Shown piece by piece: positions 1 to 14,201 of a stretch of 64,000 nucleotides of DNA. The notes under the pieces are model-generated. The model was not told the origin of the DNA, did not search any database, and saw only the letters and a list, made by a program, of their open reading frames with translations. Origin of the DNA: Octopus vulgaris (lineage: Eukaryota); NCBI GenBank assembly GCA_951406725.2, contig OX597825.1:20584001-20648000 (forward strand). The letters are read 5' to 3'. The position numbers were made by a program, and so were the translations under genes. Each line of letters opens with the position of its first letter. Positions within the stretch are counted from its first letter, which is position 1.

Positions 1-251
1 TATATACACAAACACATATAGCCATAAACACACATACACGTAATGTAATCTCATGACTAACACATTGATAAAGGGCGGATTAATGCAGAATAACAAAACA
101 AAACTTTAACATCTTCACACAAATGCCACAATAATACACACACACATATATATATATAGACATATATATGGACATACTTGTATATACATACTTATATATA
201 CATATATATATATATACATAAGTGAATAGATAAATAGGTAGATATACAGAA

Positions 252-489
<238 letters not shown>

Positions 490-902
490 TGAGAGCGAGT
501 TTAGAAAAGAGGAGGGAGAGAGAGATACAATCAATCTCACACAGATAACGAAAGAAACGAGCACAAAGCGATTTATTTGCCAATATTTACGAGTTGAGTC
601 ACTCACACACACAGACACAGATGGAATCTAGCACTTTCTTAAAAGGCCACAATAGCAACAAGTGTAGTATACACACGCGCACGCCAATGAGAGGCCTTCT
701 CAGTCACAAAAACAAAATACCAGTTATATACAAATATATATATATATATATATATATACACGGAATATACACGCGCGCACACACACATATATAGAGACAG
801 AGAGACAAATGCCAACACAGTGAGTGCAACAGACACATAGAGACAGGTGCAATTACAGACACACATACACACACATATATGTATGTATATTTATTTTTAT
901 TT

Positions 903-1122
903 TTCTCTTTTACGTGTTTCAGTCATTTGACTGCGGCCATGCTGGAGCACCGCCTATAGTCGAGCAAATCGACCCCAGGACTTATTCTTTGTAAACCAAG
1001 TACTTATTCTATCGGTCTCTTTTTGCCGAGCCGCTGAGTTACGAGGACATAAGCACACCACCATCGGCTGTCAAGCGATGTTGGGGGGACAAACACAGAC
1101 ACACAAACATATACACACACGT

Positions 1123-1128
<6 letters not shown>
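903..1128 (-). mobile_element. SINE family A, 3' half
   Basis: Matches the 3' half of the full copies at 10612-11046 and 22517-22934. Confidence 0.85.
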
Positions 1129-1203
<75 letters not shown>

Positions 1204-1696
1204 TGCACACAGAGAGTGTGCACAGACACATAGAGACAGGTACTATTACACACACACATATATACAAAACGTACACGCATGTATGTACATGTGGATGCAA
1301 ACACCGAACACAATGTGTGCAGACTCGTTATGACCAAATCGTTAAGAAGTTTGCTACGCAACCACGAAATTCGGCGTTCGGTCTTAGTCCTTGTCATTTT
1401 AAATAAATGTTATTTTTTCTGTAGGTTTGGGTCGATCCATACATCTTAAGTGAAATAGCGTAGAAGGAAACTGTAGACAAACTCGTCGGATGGATTACTG
1501 TTACTCTGCAAAAAGTACTGCCTTGTCGTACACTTGGGTCACGTTGATTCTAACTGAGAATTACGTATAACGGTATGCGCTTCTGTGGAATACTCAGTCA
1601 CTTTAACGTGTGCGTAATTCAGTCGATCGAACATCATTTAACGGATGACATCTGCTGCCTATATGTATATACCATAGATACATACATAATACATAC

Positions 1697-1765
<69 letters not shown>

Positions 1766-1768
<3 letters not shown>

Positions 1769-2995
1769 GGTGCGTAAGATATTTGTGGCAGATTTATGTT
1801 TATAAAAAAAAAAACAGATTTATAATAACAGATAATAACTTTATTTATGAGGATAAAAATAAACCTTTTCTTTAATGTTATTCAATAAAGCCACCTTCAG
1901 CTTCAACAACTCCTTCTATATGAGATCTAAGTCATCTACATGCTCGATTTAAGACGTCTTGGTTCATTTTGGACATTACTCTGACTATGGCAGCTTTCAA
2001 AGAATCTTTGGTGTTATGGGAGTGTTCATTGCCCTCTCTCTCAACAACGATCCACGTGTAATAGTCCAATGGATTGAGGTCTGGGGAAAAAGGAGGCCAA
2101 ATGTTAGGGTTACATGATCATGAAAACTTTCAGCCCTCCATTCGTGTGTTACTAGAGCCATGTGTGATAGTGCAGAGTCTTATTGAAACAAACATGGCCT
2201 TCCAATGCATACACTGTCTATCCAGGGCTTAACAATTATTTCCAGGACCTCAATATAGGCGACAGAAGTAACCCTAAGGCATTGTGGAAAGAATTAAGGA
2301 GGCATCACATATCTTTCATTGCTGACAACCCTAAAACCTTGACAGTTACATGAAATTTTGAATGCATAACACTTGGAACTTCAGAAGATCCTGCACATAT
2401 CCATCTATCATTTCTTCTGTTAACTTTTTGATCTTGGTCGAAGTTTTTCTCATTTGAGAAAAACTAAATCAAATCTTCTTCTGCGGGATTATTCAGTTTA
2501 TTTAAGAGCCTTTTAGATCTGATGTAGTGATTTTCTTTAGCTTTTTCTTACAAATTGACCTTTCCTCATCATAAAAGACATATCTGATGTCTTCGTAGAC
2601 AACATTTCTGACTGTTCCTTCTGGCACATGGAGATATTTTGCAATTGACCTCAAGGAATTTCTGGGATTGTTATCAATGGTCTGTTGAACTTGCTGGATA
2701 AATTTGTGGGTTCTGATGATTTCAAAGCGTTTAGAATGTTTGTTTATGCTTTGATACTGGTGATGCGTTTCCATCTTCAGTCTCGAGCTCTTTACAAACT
2801 TTGTAGAAGAAAGATCGGGCAACTTTTAAAAACTGAAATATTTCTAAATCGCTATACATAGCCTAATAACAGCATGCCTTTTCCTTTCTTGAGTAAGCTG
2901 AGGGTCCGCTATTATTATTTTCTGAAACAAAGATTATACAGAGTTAGCAAAATATGCAGCAATGACCCCAAACATGTATGTCCTTACGCACCCTG
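1766..2995 (-). mobile_element. Full-length but decayed Tc1/mariner transposon, probably DD37D (maT) family
   Basis: TIRs CAGGGTGCGTAAG at both ends, TA at the right flank. Minus-strand relic transposase NPRNSLRSIAK..., FQ*DSALSH...WPPFSPDLNPLDYY, ...VVEAEGGFIE*; about 37 residues between second and third Asp after correcting one frameshift. Confidence 0.9.
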
Positions 2996-3030
2996 TACAT
3001 GCATGTATGTATGTATGTATGTAGGTAGGT

Positions 3031-3082
<52 letters not shown>

Positions 3083-3230
3083 ACCACGTGACCGACCAGA
3101 CCATCGCTGGTCACAATGCGTTGGCGTTGTTTTAGCTTCGAATGACGCCACCCCGCTGACTAAGCGAGCAGGCCAACAGAAGAAAGAGTGGGAGAAAGAG
3201 TGGTGAAAGAGTACAGCAGGGATCACCACC

Positions 3231-3304
<74 letters not shown>

Positions 3305-3485
3305 GTATATATGTATGTATCCATGCATGAATACGTGCATACAATCATATACACAGAGCCATACACTCGCCTGCAAGCACCTATATTATTCACTTTGCTT
3401 CTGATGTACATACATACATGCATACAAACAATATATATATATATATTTACATATATGTAAGTGTTTGTGTGTGTTTGCTTGTGCA

Positions 3486-3532
<47 letters not shown>

Positions 3533-3537
<5 letters not shown>

Positions 3538-3690
3538 CAGGCTTCTTTCAGTTTCTGTCTATCAAATCCATTCATGAGGCTATAGTAGAAGACACTCCCC
3601 CAAAGTGCCATGCAGTGGGACTTAACCCGGAACCATATGGCTTAGTAAGCAAGCTACTTACCACATAGCCACTCTTTCGCGTATATGCAT
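3533..3690 (-). mobile_element. SINE family A, 5' half (decayed)
   Basis: tRNA-like head and GTCTTCTACTATAGCC segment shared with full copies. Confidence 0.75.
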
Positions 3691-3745
3691 ATATATATAT
3701 ATATATTATGCACACACACACAACCACATACACACACACACACAT

Positions 3746-3803
<58 letters not shown>

Positions 3804-4489
3804 GCAAACACATGCGAGAATATATAGCGTAGAGCAACCAGTTGCTACAAATCAATAGCAGAAGCAAGTTAATAGAATCAGAAATTGGGTAAAGTCGCCA
3901 AGTTAAGAATCAATCTTCGTTGGGAAGTGATTTGTTCGCCATAATTTGAACAACCAACCAACTGACCAGCCAACCAGTTCTTCTGATTAACGTTGTTATA
4001 CGAAACAACCAATATTTGCATTGAATTCCTATTATCGTTGTTCTTCTCTTTTTTCTTCTTCACTTTCTCATCGCATGCTTTTTTCTTCTCTATTTTTTTT
4101 TTTTGTTGTTGATGTGGTTTTTCGTCGCATTTTATTCGCCTTCTCACTTTTCCTTTTTGCTTTTCGCCTTTTTTCATTCACCTTATTTCTTTCCTTTTTA
4201 ACCCCTCTTTCTCTCTCCTCTTCTCGCTCTCTCTCTATCCTTTTTTTATCATCTCTCTCTTGCCCTCTCTCTTGCTTTCTCCCTCTCTCTCCCTCTCTCT
4301 CGCTCTCTCTCTCTCCCTCTCTCCTTGTTTATTAACTCCTTATCGCTGTTGCTAGCCTTTTCGCCCTACTTCCACTGATTTTGTACTTGGTTCTGCCTTA
4401 AATTTGAGCAATCAGCCTCATATCATCACCTGATTAATAGTGATAAACTGAAGTTTAGAAAGAAAGGCATGCCATCCAAAAAATTCCTT

Positions 4490-4499
4490 AATAATAATC

Positions 4500-4544
<45 letters not shown>

Positions 4545-4553
4545 GTAATAATA

Positions 4554-4584
<31 letters not shown>

Positions 4585-4588
4585 CGAC

Positions 4589-4661
<73 letters not shown>
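4490..4661. repeat. (AAT)n(GAT)n(AAT)n microsatellite
   Basis: Directly visible. Confidence 0.95.
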
Positions 4662-5310
4662 GTTACATTATTGCGCCACCAGCACGAATTACACAATCTG
4701 CAGGTGGTATGGCTACATACTATCGAGTGTGAAAAGAAAACAGGTATGAAAATCGACAGTTTCGAAAGAAATGAAGGCTTAAGAATGATACAGCCACCTG
4801 GGGCTGATCCATAGATCTAGGATGACTCTTAGCCGTTCAAGAATTTGGACCTGGAGATCTCCATTTTCAGCGACTTCGAGGGCTACCTCCCAGTGGTTTC
4901 GGGCGTCAACGAAGAGCCCTCGACTACAACAAGACGACCAAATTTTTTTTCTCCAAGATCTGGGGTCTCCCGCCCCTAAGCCCTAGACCATCACCTAATC
5001 ACCCTTACCCGTCTTGTTGCTTAACAACAACAACGACAATGATGACTCTTACGTCTAAGAACAGGTACTCTCTCCTAGCTGTGCATGCTGAGAAAATAAC
5101 CAGTCACTCGAACCTTACTTACCACCTACACTTAACTTTTAGCAAACTTACTGGATAACAGTAATTTCTGGTATACTGAAAACGGAAGGTGTCTGTCCTC
5201 AGTCTTTTCAAACTTGTCCATCATGCGGTGCCTTTCACTTAATTATTGTCACCAGAGGAAAATTGTTTGCTTTTCCTCAAAAGGAAAGCAACAAGGCTAT
5301 CCTAGACGGT

Positions 5311-5617
5311 TGTTGTTTGTTTGTTCCTTCTCGAGCCATGCCTGGCTCATAGGGGCCGGTTCCCCCGTTTCTTTGCCTATAGGTTCCCCACCTGGACGGG
5401 ACGCCGGTCCGTCGCAGGTGAGCTGCAAGATACAGGAGGAAAGAGTAAGAGAAAGTTGTGGCGAAAGAGTCAGCAGAAGTTCGCCATTACTTTCTGCCAG
5501 AGCTGCGTGGAGCTTAGGTGTTTCGCTCATAAATACACACATTGCCCGGTCTGAGATTAGAACCTGCGATCCCTTGACCGCGAGTCCGCTGCTCTAACCA
5601 CTAGGCCATGTGTCTCC
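5311..5617 (-). mobile_element. SINE family C (tRNA-Arg-like head, V-domain-like body)
   Basis: A box TGGCCTAGTGG, loop GACTCGCGG, CTGCGACGGACCGGCGTCCCGTCCAGG segment, (AAC)n tail; imperfect 15-bp TSD GCTATCCTRGAYGGT at 5296-5310 and 5618-5632. Confidence 0.88.
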
Positions 5618-6676
5618 GCTATCCTGGATGGTGGACCCAGCCAACAGCCGGATACGTCCTAGATGTGAGAACAGTTGTTCGAAATAAGTCTTCCAACAGT
5701 AATGCTGGGGCATATAAAGTGAGCATAATCTGCATGCATCTGACAACACTTCCTTGTCGACAGGAATTTATTCAGAGACGGAAATACCCATATCCTACAT
5801 AACACTGTCAGACCAATGGTCGGTAATTTCTGAAATTAAATTCCTCTGGAAAAGACTGGTCAGTTTATTGCCCACAATTCCCCGATCGCGTAGTCGCTCT
5901 GCTCTGCCCCAAACACACTATGGAACGCAAGGGTTAGTATCCCATTGGTCACACCACCAGATTTCGAGCGCCTCGTACCAGATGTTCAATCTTAGACGTT
6001 CCTGGATCCAGAACTGTAGCTTCGTCAAAGACACAGTATATGGGAAAACGCCCAAGAATATCCGCAAAAGTTGCAACATCAGTACAAGTGAAGGCAACAT
6101 CAGGGACGGTACAGAGATTCTTCCTGTGTTGAGGGTCTGTGTAGAAATTTGACCTTGCGATCCGTGTCATGCATCCCTTTCACAAGACGCGAAAAGCCAG
6201 GACTCCCCAATTTAATCTGATGCGAAACTGTGGATCAAGGAAAAACGGTAAGGTGATAATAAATTAGAGAGACGATAACGAGTTCGATATCCGTCTCCGA
6301 CATTTCAGAGATTGCTTCCTCCCGAACAATTTGTAGGTGAAACTGACCATTCTTTACACGTGCGCGCGCACACACACAGACACACACACACAGACACACA
6401 CACACACATAAATGTATGTATATATTGCAGCAGATATCCATCATTTTCCTTCTAACTCAGTTCTAACTTCATGTTTACGACACATTTCCATCCCTACTGA
6501 ACACTTTGGAATGACCTTTGTTTGAAGAAAGCCGAACAGTCTTAGGTAACATTTGATCTGACGATTGCCTTTGCCCTCAGGAAATTTAAAGTAACAAACC
6601 ATTAATCAAATTGACTCATACATCCACTCACTTCTTCTCACTTCAGCACGCAAATATATGTAGATGGGTACAGTTG

Positions 6677-7216
6677 GTAGGTAGGTAGGTAGGTAGGCAG
6701 GTAGGTAGGCAGGTAGGTAGATAGGTAGGTAGGTAGGTAGGTAGGTAGGTAGGTAGGTAGGTAGGTAGGTAGGTAGGTAGGTAGGTAGGTAGGTAGGTAG
6801 GTAGGTAGGTAGGTAGGTAGGTAGGTAGGTAGGTAGGTAGGTAGGTAGGTAGGTAGGTAGGTAGATGGGTAGGTAGGTAGGTGGGTGGGAAGGGTGAGTA
6901 GCGTTGATAGGTGGGTAGGTAGGTGGGTAAGTAGGTGGGTAACTAGGTAGGTAAGTAGGTAGATGGGTAGGTAGCTAGATAGGTAGGAAGGTAGGAATGT
7001 AGGTAGGAAGGTAGGGTGGTAGGTAGGTAGGTAGGTAGGTAGGTAGGTAGGTAGGTAGGTAGGTAGGTAGGTAGGTAGGTAGGTAGGTAGGTAGGTAGGT
7101 AGGTAGGTAAGTAGGTAGGTACATAGGTATGTAGATAGCTAGCTACGTAGGTGGGAGGGTAAGTAATAGGTAGGTAGGGTATATAGGTACCTAATGTAGG
7201 TAAGTAGGTAGATAGG

Positions 7217-7250
<34 letters not shown>

Positions 7251-7397
7251 CATACAGACAGACAGACAGACATACATACTTAGACACAGAGACAGAGACA
7301 CAGACGAACAGAGAGACACAGTCAGACATAGATATATATATTGATGGGCAAATGAATAGATAGACAAATACATACATACATACGTAGACAGATGAAT

Positions 7398-7484
<87 letters not shown>
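6677..7484. repeat. (AGGT)n grading into (ATAG)n compound microsatellite
   Basis: Directly visible. Confidence 0.95.
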
Positions 7485-7896
7485 TCACACGCACATACGC
7501 ACACACATACACACACTCACGCGCACACGCCAGTATAGTGCTCTCACGATGGTGATGTTGGGTATTAAATACGCATGTGTGACGAGAGATTAGATTTCCT
7601 CTGCAATGTAATGTAGGACAAAGAACAACGGATGTTATCAATGGAATGGAAATTGTTTTGATGTATTTTAAATAAGGGATATTTCATTATTTCCTCTGCT
7701 GTCCTGACGGAAAGATGGGGGTTGGGGGGAGTGTGAGATCGGATGAGGCGATGAAGGAGACGGAGAGACGGGGGTGGACGGAACGAGGGAGGGATAGAGA
7801 GAGGAGAAAAAAACGGCGAGACGGTTGTAGAGATGGCTTAAAGAAGTAGTTGTAGTGTGTGAGTGAGGAAGAAGAGCGTGTGTGCGTGTATGTGTG

Positions 7897-7961
<65 letters not shown>

Positions 7962-8014
7962 TTCTAACTGTGTATGCCATTGCCATTGTCTGCGCATATA
8001 TATATTCTATACTG

Positions 8015-8470
8015 TCATTCTTTTATTCTATCATTTGTTTCAGTCATTTGATTGAGGCCTTGCTGGAGCACCGCCTTTAGTCGAGCAAATCCACCCCAGG
8101 ATTATTCTTTGTAAGCCTATTCTATCGGTTTCTTTTGCCGAACCGCTAAGTTACGGAGCCCTAAACACACCAACATCGGTTTTCAAGAGATGGTGGGGGA
8201 CAAACACTGACACACAAACATATACATATATATACATATATATGACGGGCTTCTTTCAGTTTCCGTCTACCAATCCACTTACAAGGCTTTGGTCGGTCCG
8301 AGGCTATAGTAGAAGACACTAGCCTAAGGTGTCACGCAGTGATTCATGATCAAATCCACTCAAAAGGCTCTGGCTGGCGCTATAATAGAAGATACTTGCC
8401 TACGGTGCCACCAGCGGAACTGAACCCGTAACCATAAGGCTAGGAAGCAAACTTCTTACCACCACAGCTT
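8015..8470 (-). mobile_element. SINE family A copy with partial duplication of its 5' region
   Basis: Family A body 8015-8345 followed by a second diverged AAATCCACTCA...CTTACCACCACAGC segment. Confidence 0.8.
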
Positions 8471-8881
8471 TATATAATAAACAATATGAAAATTGACTAT
8501 TACCGTAGTGGATGATTTAATTTGCATGTTTGTGCTTTTCACGGCTTGTCATTAATTAAACCATATATTTTATTACAACAATACGTAAATTAGAAGTCTA
8601 GTCTAGCGTTGGTCTGACCTTGGGCAGGGCCTGTGCATGTGGACCTTCTCTAGCATTCTCTATACGACTTGGGTGGGCCCGTAGCCTCTCCTGCCGCCGT
8701 TGAGTTGATCACTGGAGCTTCGGCTGCCATGACTAAACTTGGGAAAGATACTGAAGTGGTGTCCCGTTGCCTTCTCCAGGCAGATCGGATTAATGTTGAA
8801 AGTCGGAAGATACATCGTAAAGCATCCCTACTGATGCAGCAGCGATTCTGTGAATTCTCCCACCTGCCGAACAATGTGAAA

Positions 8882-9094
8882 TAAAGTGTTTTACTAAAGA
8901 ACAAACGCACCGCCCGACTCGGGAATCGAACTCACAATCTAGCGATCGTTAGAGCAACACTCGTAACCGCTAGGCCACGCGCCTTCACAAAACAGAAGTA
9001 AGCAAACCAGTAAGATTGACTTTATTTACTGCCCATGGGCATATGGCGTAGTGGTTAAGAGCGCGGGCTACTAACCCCAAGAATCCGAGTTCGA

Positions 9095-9134
<40 letters not shown>

Positions 9135-9567
9135 TAATAATAATAATAACAGCGAAAAATACCTTAGGAATGAGAACCCAGGTTCGAAATTTCCCCAAGA
9201 CACCTTATGAAGGCTGGAGGGTATATCAGCCGAAACGTTGTTTTTAACAACAAACAAGATGAGGACAAATATCCGTCAAATGTAAATAGTGTACATAATT
9301 CCTCATCGCTTAAATATAGAACAGTAAGATTGACACTGACAAGTCCCTTAATTCCCTTCGGGGTTTGTTGAGGTGCTGCAGCCATGCAGCGTGTCTTGGT
9401 GGAGAAATCCTGGCAGAGATCATCCCTCTCCAGACTAAACTCATTTCTAAACGAAGTGCTTTGCTAAAGAACACAACGTACAACCCAGTCTGGGAATCGA
9501 ACTCATGATCTAGCGATCGTTAGTGCAACGTTCTAACCACTAGACCATGCGCTTTCACAAACCAGAA
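8882..9567 (-). mobile_element. Two diverged tRNA-like SINE heads (8882-8998 and 9452-9567) either side of the hammerhead element
   Basis: Both read GAARGCGCRTGGYCTAGYGGTTA...GAGTTCGATTCCC on the minus strand and share upstream flank. Confidence 0.7.
9031..9321 (+). mobile_element. tRNA-headed SINE-like element with internal (AAT)n and hammerhead-ribozyme-like 3' region
   Basis: A box TGGCGTAGTGG, GAGTTCGA B box, (AAT)n, then GACAC-CTTATGA-A-GGCTG..CAGCC-GAAACGTT; 13-bp direct repeat CAGTAAGATTGAC at 9008-9020 and 9322-9334. Confidence 0.82.
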
Positions 9568-9838
9568 ATTGGGTGAACAGTACGATACAGTGTATTAAAT
9601 ATGAATTTGACACTCGACATTTGAATGACTTTTTCTACCACTTTTCCCTCTTTCGAAACAGATTAAATATAAAATACAGAACCTGAATGTTTAAGAGCTT
9701 AGGTGGGATTTTTACGGAAAATTACAATATTAATAGAGAATTCTTTCAAATAAAAAGGGGTCTGTTAATCTGATTTGTGTTATTTACTTCTTAAGTAATG
9801 CTAAATACATTTTTAGATCCTGTTTAGAATATAGAAGA

Positions 9839-10222
9839 CTAGCAGTATCGCCCGGCGTTGCTCAGGTTTGTAAGGGAAATAAGTATAAAGCATTTTTAGA
9901 GAGTTATAGCCAAAAAATAGCAAAAAAATGGGGAAAAAAATGATGGTAAATTTTTTTGAGAGTTAAAAAGGTCGAGTTGCGTCCCCTAGACAGTCTGTGG
10001 TTTGTGTTTCTGATTCTCGACCCCATGTCGAATTTATCGATTTTTTTCAGAACTGGGGGAACTTTTCAAAATTTTCGCTGCGTTAGTTTTGAATTATGAC
10101 ATTGGGCTATGTGTGTGTCAAGTTTGATCAGAATCGGTTGAAAGCCGTGGTCAGGGTGAGGGTACAACCAAACAGACACACAGAAACACACACAGACAAA
10201 CTGCCGTTTATATATAGAGAGA
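9839..10222 (-). mobile_element. Non-autonomous Helitron
   Basis: Minus strand starts TCTCTCTATATATAA and ends with hairpin CCTGAGCAACGCCGGG then CTAG; inserted between A and T with no TSD. Confidence 0.88.
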
Positions 10223-10611
10223 TGAATATACAAGAATAAGAAGTGTTTCTCTGATCAAATATTTAGATGAAATGGGACAGACCCAAGGTATTAAAGATTA
10301 CTTCGTAAACAGAGAAAGCAAATCAATTTTACATATTCGTTTTTTAAGCTGGAATTCAGCTGCAGAAAAAAAAATTCCTTGAAATTATCGATGTAAATGT
10401 TCAACAAATCTTTTGCGTTGAATAAAATCGTTGAGGATTTTTTTATATTTTCCGTTCTCGTTACTGTTTTTTAACATTTAGTGTTGTGATAGAGACGCCT
10501 TATTTAGATTTCGTATTGTTAATCCTCTTCAGTATCTGTTTCTTTTCTCACGTTTAAACAGAATTTATCTGGCACCACATAAAAATATGCTAAATAAGTA
10601 CTAAATATATA

Positions 10612-10824
10612 ACTCTCTTTACTCTTTTACTCTTTTACTTGCTTCAATCATTTGACTGCGGCCATGCTGGAGCACCGCCTTTAGTCGAGCAAATCGACCC
10701 CGGGACTTATTCTTTGTAAGCCCAGTACTTATTCTATCGGTCTCTTTTTTGCCGAACCGCTAAGTAACGGGGACGTAAACACACCAGCATCGGTTGTCAA
10801 GCAATGCTAGGGGGACAAACACAG

Positions 10825-10857
<33 letters not shown>

Positions 10858-11046
10858 CATACACACATATATATATATATATACATATACGACAGGCTTC
10901 TTTCAGTTTCCGTCTACCAAATCCACTCACAAGGTATTGGACGGCCCGGGGCTATAGCAGAGGGCACTTGCCCAAGATGCCACGCAGTGGAACTGAACCC
11001 GGAACCATGTGGTTGGTTAGCAAGCTACTTACCACACAGCCACTCC
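10612..11046 (-). mobile_element. SINE family A, near full length (tRNA head, CORE-like segment, internal microsatellite)
   Basis: TGGCTGTGTGG A box, GGTTCAGTTCC B box, CTTGGGCAAGTG CORE-like motif, (TA)n(TG)n, (GTAAAAGA)n tail. Confidence 0.9.
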
Positions 11047-11524
11047 AATGTATTTATAAACTTCAAATATCTCCATGGAAACCTAAAAGAATTTACTTGA
11101 ACGATGTCTACCTTGATTCTCACCAGTTTATCTAGGTTAGTTAATGAGGATGTATCTACACAATCATTCGACATAGACATAGTAGTTAAATCTTCCTCAG
11201 ATCTCGCCCTGTCGTAACAAACGAATTAAAAGAACACACAGTCCCTGACAAACAAAATGGTGGATAAGTTTATAAAACAGGGACGATTCTATAAGACACC
11301 AACAGAGAGGGGGTTAAAATATTTTAGTCACTCATTGGTTTTACAGAGATTGTTGATAGAAAGCAGAATAAACTGGAGAGGAGGTAGGGGAAAAACTCAC
11401 GATTATGTGAACGGATAATATCAAGATTTGGACAGACTAAAAATACAGTGAACGCATAGTTATTTCTATGTATTTCTGCGTAGTTATTTGTGTTGCTTAC
11501 TTTGTAAAACAGTAAGAGGAGAAG

Positions 11525-11805
11525 GTTGCTAGCACATCACCCTCTATCCACATCTTTTCCATATGGGGCCCTAACAAAATCCGATTATAGGTATAGATGC
11601 AAATCTAATTACTTGTTTCCTTCTAAAATCAGGCATAACTTGGCGGTTGATTGACTTACAACACCATTCTTCGTCTTGAGTTTACTTGGCAGAGTGTATT
11701 TGTTAACAAGGTCAAGGTGAGCTCCGATTGGCTGTATGCAAATGAGTTCATTGCTGATGTCCGGAACTCTCGTGGGAAAAAAATTTCGCGTCTCGGCAAG
11801 CTTTG
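11525..11805. repeat. Interspersed repeat fragment matching 39200-39490 in opposite orientation
   Basis: Long colinear match including GACTTACAACACCATTCTTCGTCTTGAGTTTA and CCGGAACTCTCGTGGGAAAAAAAT. Confidence 0.8.
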
Positions 11806-12014
11806 TTGTATTTCATATGAACTGTATCTGTGATGTGACGTCTCAGTGCCACAGTAACTCCGAGGATAATGCTAAGATTATGAGTTTAACTTAAATAGTT
11901 GCTCTTCAACAATGCTCAGTCATAACCTTTTTGGTAACGATTTCACTGAATCATTGCTTTTACAGAGTGTGTACCTATTAACCTTAGGTAGTGGGTAGCG
12001 ATTTTCTTTACTAC

Positions 12015-12430
12015 TTCAGGGAGTGACGACCCTGCCTGACACGAGTCCCTGGCTCAGCTGGCTCCGGCTGACAGTACCCGGTATGGGCCCCTACCCAGGG
12101 TTACGGAAAGGAGACAACCTCAAAGAAATCCGGAGTAGAGCCCCGTAGGCCGTTTAGTGTTCAAGCCGACACTCTTCCGGCACTCCTTTGGACTACGTCA
12201 GCAGGGTCGAGAGAGGAATCCTGACGGTTGGGCTACCCAGGATTTTCTTACATCTAGCCCAGGCCTGCGCAAAACTGGAGAGGACATGAAATGTAAAAAC
12301 CAGACTGCATTAGTTTATGCGCAACTCCATTGTCTCCCGAGACAAAAGGGTGCCAATACCCTATTAACCAATCTTTCACCAAGGAATATTCACAAGACAG
12401 AGTACGATTAACAATGGTCTTCACTTAACC
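12015..12430 (+). mobile_element. GC-rich probable retroelement fragment (possible LINE 5' UTR)
   Basis: Abrupt GC-rich island without a credible ORF between two other repeats; family not identified. Confidence 0.35.
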
Positions 12431-12439
12431 TTGTCTATT

Positions 12440-13520
12440 AATTCTTGCGAATTGCGACTTTAAGTGAAAACGACGAGATGTGAAACCACTTTACAATAGG
12501 TTTAAACATATAAACAAGTTACATTCCTATGGTGTGTCTTAATTACAAAATCATCAACAAATCTCTAAATACAGACTCAAAACATTTCAAGTATTAAACA
12601 TCGAAATATATGTGTGCTATAAATACGTCCAAAAACAAAACATTGATAAAAAAATCAATAAAATAATGATTCACTTGAAAGATACGTCCAAATTTTGTCG
12701 TGCAGTTTTCTTTCTGTTTTTATATAAGTCTTCTGTATTTTTTGTATCTATTCGCTATTAACTTGTTTGCTTCTAAACTTGTCTCAGACAAATCTCTTGT
12801 TAAAAACCGGAATCGTTCAGCATACTCGCTCTTATAATCTTCTTCAGAACGGTGCTATTCCAAATCTACACGAGATCCTCGTTCGATATTTCTTCCGCAA
12901 ACCGTTCAAGTAGTTCGACCACATCATCTTCATTTATTTAATTAAATCCAGCCTGATGTATCCTCTCAACAATGATGAACATTTTGTATTGGCTCTTCAA
13001 AGCCCAGGAAGCGTTCAATGCAATTTAGATATAAATTTTACTCCAGATAAGATTTACTATGGTTGTCTACACTTCTCACCATCTGACAGTCAAATTTTCA
13101 ATAGCATTCAAAATAAGATAACTGAGCCAAATTTCCGTTATATTAAGTTTAATTTTACCGTTTAAGAACTTAATTAATTGCTTAAAAGTGAGTCGTAAAT
13201 AGTAAGTTTCGAATATAGCAATAATGTCCAGGTTGTAGGATGAATCAAGCTGGTTGTGTTTGAAAGCTGACCAGTTATTTGAACATTATCTGTGATATGG
13301 TGATCCGAACTATTATCAAAAAGAAGCACTGTTCTATTTTCAAGACAATACTTTTTGACAGCTAGACTGATCTTGGAATACTGATTTGCTGATCCATATA
13401 TTTTATTCATTTGATCGCCACAGAACAGGAAGATGAGATTTAGAGAGGTCTTTCACATCTACAAGTGTCTCAGAATGATTTTTAAAAAAAACTAGATGTT
13501 TGAGCTTTAGATTTTAATTG
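12440..13520 (-). mobile_element. Decayed pogo/Tigger-type DNA transposon
   Basis: Minus-strand relic KKYCLENRTVLLFDNSSDH...NVQI...NTTSLIHP resembles pogo DDE LLLLDNAPGH...PPNTTSLIQP. Confidence 0.7.
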
Positions 13521-13582
13521 GACTGACAAAGCTTAAACACTCTACACTTGAGATGCGTTGTAATTTCTATGTGACATACGAT

Positions 13583-13643
<61 letters not shown>

Positions 13644-13671
13644 TACATACACATACACACACACATATATA

Positions 13672-13903
13672 TTTCTTTATTGCCTACAAGGGGCTAAACA
13701 TGGAGAGGACAAACAAGGACAGACAAAGGGATTAAGTCGATTAGATCGACCCCAGTACGAAACTGGTACTTTTATTTATCGACCCTGAAAGGATGAAAGG
13801 CAAAGTCGGCCCTCGGCGGAATTTGAACTCAGAACGTAACGACAGACGAAATACCGCTAAGCATCCCACCCGGCGCGCTAACGTGTCTGCCAACTCGCCG
13901 CCT
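13672..13903 (-). mobile_element. SINE family B monomer (Meta-domain-like body) in (TA)n
   Basis: GGCGGCGAGTTGGCAGA head, GAGTTCAAATTCC B box, GCCTTTCATCCTTTCAGGGTCGATAAAT..GTACCAG domain. Confidence 0.88.
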
Positions 13904-13916
13904 TTATATATATCAA

Positions 13917-14125
13917 TATGTGACCGCTTATGTATCAGTGGCGATTTTCTTTCTCCGTCTCCCCTTTGTTTTTTTGTTTTTTCTATATTTCTGACGAAGA
14001 GCTCCGATCGAAACGTGAAATTCTCTTTCTTTTCTTTCTTTACCTGAGCGTCCAATAACACAGTACCTGTTCCACGTCCTCGCGTTGTTGTTTTTTCTTG
14101 CTTGTTCATGTTTGGATTAACTATT
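13917..14125 (+). mobile_element. Penelope-type terminal-repeat fragment with degenerate minimal hammerhead
   Basis: ATTT-CTGACGA-A-GAGC-TCC-GATC-GAAACGTG-AAAT at 13987-14021 in T-rich context beside (TA)n. Confidence 0.6.
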
Positions 14126-14165
14126 TATGATATAGACCTCTGTGCGATTTGGTTCCATACTTTTC

Positions 14166-14201
<36 letters not shown>

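Noticed and set aside
5633-6360. Higher-GC block with 60-132 aa ORFs on both strands (also 4845-5295, 8620-8880, 43780-44050)
   Set aside because: No motif I can recognise; probably decayed TE interior, left unassigned.
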